In this document: piece by piece, positions 26,690 to 32,000 of the stretch
Numbering within the stretch: position 1 is the first letter of the stretch
How the letters are laid out: every line of letters begins with the position of its first letter
Translations under genes and position numbers: made by a program
Assembly: GCF_019464535.1 (NCBI RefSeq)
Contig: NZ_CP080507.1
Coordinates: forward strand, 2,760,001 to 2,792,000
DNA: 32,000 nucleotides
Source: Horticoccus luteus
GTDB lineage: Bacteria > Verrucomicrobiota > Verrucomicrobiia > Opitutales > Opitutaceae
Direction: 5' to 3'
The notes under the pieces: generated by a model
The model's input: only the letters and a program-made list of their open reading frames with translations
Database searches by the model: none
What the model was told of the DNA's origin: nothing

Positions 26690-27742
26690 GTGTTCCGGAT
26701 TTTCACGGACTCTACACCCGACCGCTGGGGCCGGCTACTGCTCGATCGACGCGAAACACTCAAAGCCCGCGAAGAGAAACGACCAGCCCGGGCACTCACG
26801 GAATGGGACTACCTCCTCGGCGTGCATGACAGTTGCCGGATGGGAGCCTTACGCTTTCGACGCGACGCGGCCTCACCGTTTTTAGACAACGACCATCATC
26901 TCGCAGCACCGCCCGTCGCCTCGCTGCGCGAACTCGAAGCCGCGTCGCTGGCCCTCGAAGCACCGGATGCCGACGAACTGCCGGAGTTTCGCCAATGGTT
27001 GACCGCGCTTCTAGCCCCCGGCAGTTCCCTTGGTGGAACGCGGCCCAAAGCCAATTTTACCGACCCCGACGGAGCCTTGTGGATCGCCAAATTTCCGAGC
27101 CGCGAGGATCGCCGCGACATCGGCACGTGGGAAATGGTGGTGCATCAACTCGCCCAAGCCGCCGGTATTAACGTCCCCGACACTCAACTACTGCGCTTGG
27201 GAGGCCGTCACCGCACGTTTGCCAGCCGCCGCTTCGACCGACTCGCGAACGGCAAGCGGCGTTTCTTCGTCTCGGCGCTGACGTTGCTCAACCGGCAAGA
27301 CGGCGAGAACGCCAGCTATCTCGAACTCGCGGAATTTCTCAGCACGCGAGGCAGTCCCGCGCACAAAGATGCCGACCTCCGCGAGCTTTGGACGCGCATC
27401 GTTTTCAACATTCTCGTCTCGAATCGCGACGACCACCTGCGCAACCACGGGTTCATTTTGTCTGCGGACGGCTGGCGGCTTGCACCCGCTTACGATCTCA
27501 ATCCCAACAACGAACGAACTCACCACCAGCTCGCGATCGACGCCACTGATCCGACGCCTGACGTTACACTAGCGTTCGCCACGGCCGAATTCTACGGACT
27601 GAGTGCAACGCAGGCCGACGAGATCGTGCGACGCGTGCAGACTGCCTTTAGTGAGTGGCGGACAATAGCTGGGAAGCATCGTCTGCCGCGGGCTGAAATT
27701 GAGCTGGTAGCGCAGGCCTTTTCGTCGCCAGTTGGAACCTGA
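26690..27742 (+). CDS. hipA: HipA-family serine/threonine kinase (type II toxin-like); N-terminal domain incomplete, so possibly a frameshifted or truncated pseudogene
   Basis: 350-aa ORF from the GTG at 26690. HipA features: FRIFTDSTPDRWGRLLLDRR, CRMGALRF, LLAPGSSLGGTRPKANF, ALWIAKFP, the catalytic loop VSNRDDHLRNHGF, and APAYDLNP. The same frame stays open 64 codons further upstream and encodes HipA N-domain-like sequence, but contains no start codon (see findings). Confidence 0.8.
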   Translation: MFRIFTDSTPDRWGRLLLDRRETLKAREEKRPARALTEWDYLLGVHDSCRMGALRFRRDAASPFLDNDHHLAAPPVASLRELEAASLALEAPDADELPEFRQWLTALLAPGSSLGGTRPKANFTDPDGALWIAKFPSREDRRDIGTWEMVVHQLAQAAGINVPDTQLLRLGGRHRTFASRRFDRLANGKRRFFVSALTLLNRQDGENASYLELAEFLSTRGSPAHKDADLRELWTRIVFNILVSNRDDHLRNHGFILSADGWRLAPAYDLNPNNERTHHQLAIDATDPTPDVTLAFATAEFYGLSATQADEIVRRVQTAFSEWRTIAGKHRLPRAEIELVAQAFSSPVGT

Positions 27743-27878
27743 GTAGAAGCTGCAAAAGGTCCATTAACCGGCGCGCGGAGAGAACCGGCTGGCCTGGTGC
27801 CACCTTCTTCCGCCCATCCCTTTCGCTACGCAATGCGCCTCTTTCTTCGCATGCTCGGGTTCCTCTCCCGTTCCAAAC

Positions 27879-27956
27879 TGGGGCGGCCAACGGGATTCGA
27901 ACCCGCGACCCCTTGAATCACAATCAAGTGCTCTAACCAACTGAGCTATGGCCGCC
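27879..27956 (-). tRNA. tRNA-His (anticodon GTG) with encoded G-1 and encoded CCA
   Basis: The reverse complement reads G|GCGGCCA|TA|GCTC|AGTTGGTTA|GAGC|A|CTTGA|TTGTGAT|TCAAG|GGGTC|GCGGG|TTCGAAT|CCCGT|TGGCCGC|C|CCA. It folds as a perfect cloverleaf with a 7-bp acceptor, a GTG anticodon in a 7-nt loop, a TTCGAAT T-loop, and an extra 5' G opposite C73, as is typical for tRNA-His. Confidence 0.95.
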
Positions 27957-28125
27957 GTAAAAAATCGAAGGCGGAATCTCGCGACCCGTTTTCCACCTGT
28001 CAACCCCTTCCTCCGCTCACCCGATTTGAGGCGCCCACCTTCCCTGATTCTCCCCGCGCCGTCCCTTCCTTCCTCCGACGACCTTCTCGCCCCGCCCGCC
28101 TCCGAGCGTCGATTCGACCTTTCAA

Positions 28126-28177
28126 TCTCCACCGCTCGCACCCCGGCCGACTCTCCACCGCTCGCACCCCGGCCAAC
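28126..28177. repeat. Two tandem copies of a 26-bp unit in the tRNA-His / pyrH divergent intergenic region
   Basis: tctccaccgctcgcaccccggccGac (28126..28151) is directly followed by tctccaccgctcgcaccccggccAac (28152..28177). There is one mismatch at unit position 24. The next 3 nt (tct) restart the unit before the sequence diverges. Confidence 0.9.
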
Positions 28178-28297
28178 TCTTTCCTCGCACTTACCCTCGA
28201 CACTCCGCTGCGCCGTTCCCCAGCTTCGCTCGCGGCCGCGCCGCTCAATGCATCTCAGGCATTGACGCGGATTTTCCTCAATCGTTTCCTGCACGGT

Positions 28298-29038
28298 ATG
28301 CGTGCGCAATTGGCGGTCGATCCGGGAGCTAAATATAAACGCGTCGTCCTGAAGCTTTCGGGCGAGGTGCTGCGCGGTGGCAAATCCGGCGATCCCATCG
28401 ACGCGGCGACTCTCGAAAAAACTTCCCTGCAGGTGAAGGAAGTCCACGACCTCGGCGTCGAGGTCTGCGTCGTCATCGGCGGCGGCAACATCTTCCGCGG
28501 CCTCAACGGCGAGAAACGCGGCGTCGATCGCACCACCGGCGATTACATGGGCATGCTCGCCACCGTCATCAACGGCCTCGCGCTCATGGATTGCCTCGAA
28601 AAAATGGGCGTCACGACCCGCGTCCAAAGCGCCATTCCGATGAACCAGATTGCCGAACCGTTCATCCTGCGCCGCGCCATGCGCCACCTCGAGAAAGGCC
28701 GCGTCGTCATCTTCGTTGCCGGCACCGGCAATCCCTACTTCTCCACCGACACCACCGCGGCGCTCCGCGCTTCCGAGATGCACGCCGACATCATCCTCAA
28801 GGCCACCAAGGTCGATGGCATCTACGACAAGGACCCCAAGAAATTTCCCGACGCCGTGAAATACGACGAGATCACGTTTATCGACGCCCTCAAACAGCGC
28901 CTCAACGTCATGGATTCCACCGCGTTTTCACTCTGTCTCGACAACAACGTTCCCATCCTCGTGTTCGATCTCAACAGTGAGCACTCGATCAAGCGCGCCA
29001 TCCTCGGAGAAAAGGTCGGCACGCTCGTGCACAGTTAA
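28298..29038 (+). CDS. pyrH: UMP kinase
   Basis: Track ORF 28262..29038 (TTG start). The first ATG is at 28298 ([25 protein letters not shown]...). Motifs: [69 protein letters not shown]. It is followed by frr, as in the conserved pyrH-frr pair. Confidence 0.92.
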   Translation: MRAQLAVDPGAKYKRVVLKLSGEVLRGGKSGDPIDAATLEKTSLQVKEVHDLGVEVCVVIGGGNIFRGLNGEKRGVDRTTGDYMGMLATVINGLALMDCLEKMGVTTRVQSAIPMNQIAEPFILRRAMRHLEKGRVVIFVAGTGNPYFSTDTTAALRASEMHADIILKATKVDGIYDKDPKKFPDAVKYDEITFIDALKQRLNVMDSTAFSLCLDNNVPILVFDLNSEHSIKRAILGEKVGTLVHS

Positions 29039-29058
29039 TCTCCCTCTCCCTTCCCGCC

Positions 29059-29604
29059 ATGTCCCACCCGATTCTCAATGAAGCTCAGCAAAAGATGAAC
29101 AAGGCTGTGGAATACACGCTGCACGAATTCAGCGCGATCCACACCGGCAAAGCCACGCCCACCATGGTCGAGGGCGTCATGATTGACGCTTACGGCTCGC
29201 AGATGCGCCTCAAAGAATGCGCCGCCATCAGCACGCCCGATGCCCGCCTCATCCAGATTCAGCCGTGGGACGCCGCCCTCGTGAAGTCCATCGTCAAGGG
29301 CATCCAGGAAGCCAACCTCGGTTTCAACCCCATCCCCGACGGGAAAATCGTCCGCGTGCCCCTCCCTGAGATGAGCCGCGAACGCCGCCAGGAATTCGTC
29401 AAAACCGCGAACCGCCTCGCCGAAGAAGGCCGCGTGCAAGTGCGCACCATCCGCCGCGATGCCATCGCCACGGTGCAAAAAGCCAAGCTCCCCGAAGACG
29501 AAGCCAAGCGCCTCGAAAAAGACATCCAGGCGGCCACCGACAAAGCCACCAAAGACATCAACGAGCACCTCGCGCACAAGGAGAAGGACTTGCTGACCGT
29601 CTGA
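29059..29604 (+). CDS. frr: Ribosome recycling factor
   Basis: 181-aa ORF with an ATG at 29059. Motifs: MNKAVEYTLHEFSAIHTGKATPTMVEGVMIDAYGSQMRLKECAAISTPDARLIQIQPWD, NLGFNPIPDGKIVRVPLPEMSRERRQEFVK, VRTIRRDA. This is canonical RRF. Confidence 0.95.
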   Translation: MSHPILNEAQQKMNKAVEYTLHEFSAIHTGKATPTMVEGVMIDAYGSQMRLKECAAISTPDARLIQIQPWDAALVKSIVKGIQEANLGFNPIPDGKIVRVPLPEMSRERRQEFVKTANRLAEEGRVQVRTIRRDAIATVQKAKLPEDEAKRLEKDIQAATDKATKDINEHLAHKEKDLLTV

Positions 29605-29741
29605 CGCCGTCCCGCGTCCTCGACCTCCACGTCCGCCTGCTTCGCCGCCCGACCGCCCTTCGCGCGTGTCATCGCCCGCCCCTCGGTGGAAATCTCCCCT
29701 TTTCGCCGGAGCCGCCCGGTGAAGCCTCGCGCTTTTCCCTC

Positions 29742-30863
29742 GTGACGAAATCCGCTTCCGCCGCCACCCGGCCCGCCCCCCAACGCATCGTCGTTAAACT
29801 CGGCACGGGCGTGCTCACCTCCGGCATCGGCGAACTCCATACGCAGCGCATCGCCGCCGTTTGCGCCGAGATCGCCGCCCTCCGCGCGCGCGGCACCGAA
29901 GTGATTGTCGTTTCCTCGGGCGCTGTCGGCCTCGGCATGGGCGCCCTCGGACTCGCCAAAAAGCCCAAGGACGTCGCCAAAAAACAAGCCTGCGCCGCCA
30001 TCGGTCAATCGCGCCTCATGCAGTCGTGGGAGACCGGCTTTCACGCGCACGACCTCACCGTCGCCCAAGTCCTCCTCACGCACGACGACCTCCGCGTGCG
30101 CGCGCGCTACCTCGGCGTCAAAGCCACCCTCCGCCAGCTCATCGCCTACGGCACGATCCCGGTCATCAACGAAAACGACACCGTGAGCGCCGCCGAAATC
30201 AAGTTCGGCGACAACGACACGCTCTCCGCCATGGTCGCGAGCCTCGTCGAAGCGCAATACCTCTTCATCCTCTCAACCGCTCCCGGCCTCATCGACCTGC
30301 GCGGCACCGGCCGCATCGTCCCCGTCGTCGATCGCATCAACCCCGCCATCGAAGCGATGGCTGGCGGCACCACGAGCGAGACCGCCACCGGCGGCATGAT
30401 CAGCAAAATCTCCGCCGCCAAACTCGCCACCCGCGCCGGCTGTGGCGTCTTCATCGCCAGCGGCGCGGAGCCCGAGATTCTCCGCCGCCTCCTCGCCGGC
30501 CACGGCCCCGGCACATTTTTCGTCCCCAGCGGCCTGCCGCTCGATGCCCGGAAACGCTGGCTCGCCTACTTCCAGCGTCCCGCCGGCACGCTCTCCGTCG
30601 ATGCCCGCGCCGTCCCCATCCTGCGCGAACAAGGCCGCAGCCTCCTCGCCGTCGGCGTCACCGGCGCGCTCGGCGAATTTTCCGCCGGCGATATCGTCAA
30701 CATCGCCGACCCCGCCGGTCTCGTCTTCGCCCGCGGCAAAACCACCTTCGCCGCCGAAGAAATCCCCGCCATCGCCCGTCGCCACGGCGATGAAGTCCGT
30801 GCGCTCTACCCGCAGCGCAAACGCCTCGAAGTCGTCCACCGCAACGACCTCGTCCTCCTCTGA
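29742..30863 (+). CDS. proB: Glutamate 5-kinase with C-terminal PUA domain
   Basis: 373-aa ORF from the GTG at 29742. Motifs: RIVVKLGTGVLT, VIVVSSGAVGLG, AAIGQSRLM, IPVINENDTVS, FGDNDTLSAMVA, GGMISKISAAKLA. PUA domain: LSVDARAVPILREQGRSLLAVGVTGALGEFSAGDIVNI. No proA follows in the window. Confidence 0.92.
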   Translation: MTKSASAATRPAPQRIVVKLGTGVLTSGIGELHTQRIAAVCAEIAALRARGTEVIVVSSGAVGLGMGALGLAKKPKDVAKKQACAAIGQSRLMQSWETGFHAHDLTVAQVLLTHDDLRVRARYLGVKATLRQLIAYGTIPVINENDTVSAAEIKFGDNDTLSAMVASLVEAQYLFILSTAPGLIDLRGTGRIVPVVDRINPAIEAMAGGTTSETATGGMISKISAAKLATRAGCGVFIASGAEPEILRRLLAGHGPGTFFVPSGLPLDARKRWLAYFQRPAGTLSVDARAVPILREQGRSLLAVGVTGALGEFSAGDIVNIADPAGLVFARGKTTFAAEEIPAIARRHGDEVRALYPQRKRLEVVHRNDLVLL

Positions 30864-30877
30864 CGAACTCCCCGCCC

Positions 30878-31324
30878 GTGTCCCCGCCGGCGTTCTCCCT
30901 GCGTCCCGCCATCGAGGCCGACTACCCGTGGCTCTGGCAACTCAAACGCGACACCATGCGCGGCTACGTGGAAAACACCTGGGGCTCGTGGGATGAGGTC
31001 GCACAGGAAGCCTTCTTCCGCCGCAACTTTTCGCCCGCCACCGTCAACGTCATCACCACCGGCCACCACGACGTCGGTCTGCTTGAACTGGTCCACCGGC
31101 CCCACGAAATATTTCTGGCGAATATCCAAATCGCGCCCGCGCACCAAAGCCGCGGACTCGGTGCCGCGGTCGTGCGCACCGTGCAGGATGAAGCCGCCGC
31201 CTGCGGCCTGCCGCTCTGCCTCCAAGTGCTCAAGGTGAATCCCGCGCGCCGCTTTTACGAGCGCCTCGGCTTCACCGTCACAAGTGAAACCCTCTCGCAC
31301 TGGTTCATGGAGTGGCGGGCTTGA
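30878..31324 (+). CDS. GNAT family N-acetyltransferase
   Basis: 148-aa ORF from the GTG at 30878, 14 nt after proB. N-terminus: SLRPAIEADYPWLWQL. Acetyl-CoA motif A-like: IQIAPAHQSRGLGAAVV. C-terminus: NPARRFYERLGF. Confidence 0.8.
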   Translation: MSPPAFSLRPAIEADYPWLWQLKRDTMRGYVENTWGSWDEVAQEAFFRRNFSPATVNVITTGHHDVGLLELVHRPHEIFLANIQIAPAHQSRGLGAAVVRTVQDEAAACGLPLCLQVLKVNPARRFYERLGFTVTSETLSHWFMEWRA

Positions 31325-31539
31325 ATCCTCGTCGCGGGGTGCGTGAGCGCTTCGGCAGTCGATCGCCAAGCCGCACTTCTTTCCCGGCATTCCACGGTCC
31401 TGCGTCCCGCATCCGGCGCTGAGGTCCGGCTCCGTGGTCCGGGGAGCGCACGCGACTCGCGCGCGGCCTGGGCGCCTCGCCCAAGCCGCTTCCCCGCCCT
31501 CGCGTCTTTCGCGACAAACCTCGCCGTCGTCCGCCCTCC

Positions 31540-32000
31540 TCACTCCAACGCGCGCCACTGCGGCGCGGCGAACAAGCCGAGATCGAGCAGATCGTATTTC
31601 TCGCCGGGCTGCGGCTCGGTCACCACCTCCGGACTGCGCCACATGTAGGGCCCCGCGCACTTCCGCTCCTTCCGCGGAAAATGCCACGGCCCCAGCACGT
31701 TCTTCGGCAGGCCCACGACGCGCAACGTCACCTCCCGTCCCTGAGCCGCGTCGAGTTGCACGGCGAACGGCGCCTCCAACAGCCGCGCCACGCGCTCGCC
31801 GCCTTGCTCGACGACGATCAGCGAGCCCGCCCAGTCGTGCGCTCCGATGACCAGTTCGCCGCGCGACGCGCCTTTCGGCAGCGCGAAACGATACGCCACT
31901 TCGCCATCGTAAAACGGCAGCCCCTGCTCCCGCCACGACCCGAGCTTCAGCGCCCGTGTCGGCGCCAGCGCGAAACCCTGTTTCGCCGACACGCAACCGA
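31540..32000 (-). CDS. C-terminal part of a larger protein, probably a glycoside-hydrolase-associated beta-sandwich domain; 5' end outside the window
   Basis: Track ORF 31540..31992 begins at a GTG, but the frame is open to the window edge (...GC-VSAKQGF...). The sequence LKLGSWREQGLPFYDGEVAYRFALPKGASRGELVIGAHDWAGSLIVV...VVGLPKNVLGPWH resembles the C-terminal jelly-roll modules of large glycosidases as I remember them. The coding call is solid; the function is tentative. Confidence 0.65.
   Translation of the reverse strand, partial: GCVSAKQGFALAPTRALKLGSWREQGLPFYDGEVAYRFALPKGASRGELVIGAHDWAGSLIVVEQGGERVARLLEAPFAVQLDAAQGREVTLRVVGLPKNVLGPWHFPRKERKCAGPYMWRSPEVVTEPQPGEKYDLLDLGLFAAPQWRALE

Noticed and set aside
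28126-28177. The tandem repeat, considered as a possible minimal CRISPR array.
   Set aside because: There are only two directly abutting copies with no spacer between them. There are no cas genes, and the unit has no palindromic core.
27764-28783. 339-aa minus-strand ORF spanning tRNA-His, the intergenic repeat and part of pyrH.
   Set aside because: It runs straight through a tRNA gene and is antisense to pyrH. The composition is Gly/Arg/Ala/Glu low-complexity.
30806-31996. 396-aa minus-strand ORF overlapping the GNAT gene and the right-edge gene in another frame.
   Set aside because: The sequence is Arg/Gly/Ala-rich with no motifs. The 31540..32000 frame has the protein-like sequence instead, as does the GNAT gene on the plus strand.

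Overview
High-GC bacterial chromosomal segment (hand counts of sampled 60-nt lines give about 65-70% GC in core genes). It is densely coding and mostly housekeeping. All product calls come from my own motif recognition on the supplied or self-made translations, because no searches were possible.

Gene order:
- Minus strand: a Cys-rich TM/TPR protein (runs off the left edge) and a 93-aa unknown.
- Plus strand: a membrane coiled-coil protein.
- Minus strand, a very tight co-directional string: rnhC, rnhB, a heparinase II/III-like protein, a PAS histidine kinase, and a GH2 glycosidase.
- mutY (+); a TIM-barrel sugar-phosphate isomerase/epimerase (-); rpsU (-) with a clean intrinsic terminator.
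- A YfiR-like periplasmic protein translationally coupled to a CHASE8-type histidine kinase (+).
- purM and purF (-), divergent from the large single-chain purL (+).
- An AhpD/CMD-like protein plus a GAF histidine kinase (-).
- A DUF3309-type mini membrane protein (+); a HipA-family kinase gene (+) abutting tRNA-His(GTG) (-).
- pyrH, frr, proB and a GNAT acetyltransferase (+).
- The 3' end of a probable glycoside hydrolase (-, runs off the right edge).

The long overlapping ORFs in the track are typical high-GC alternative-frame artefacts. I see no CRISPR array, no transposase or integrase, and no convincing multi-gene novel system.

The only clearly accessory-looking spot is the hipA/tRNA-His corner. 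It is a solo HipA with no HipB, N-terminal domain coding that lacks a start codon, and atypical composition. Other observations are modest: YfiR wired to a kinase, a CMD-GAF kinase pair, a possible unannotated ORF between purF and purL, a 26-bp tandem repeat, a 428-bp apparently non-coding gap, and three neighbouring unknown proteins at the left edge. Taxonomic guess: PVC/Verrucomicrobia-like, from the long-form PurF/PurM and gene content. This is low confidence and is inference only.
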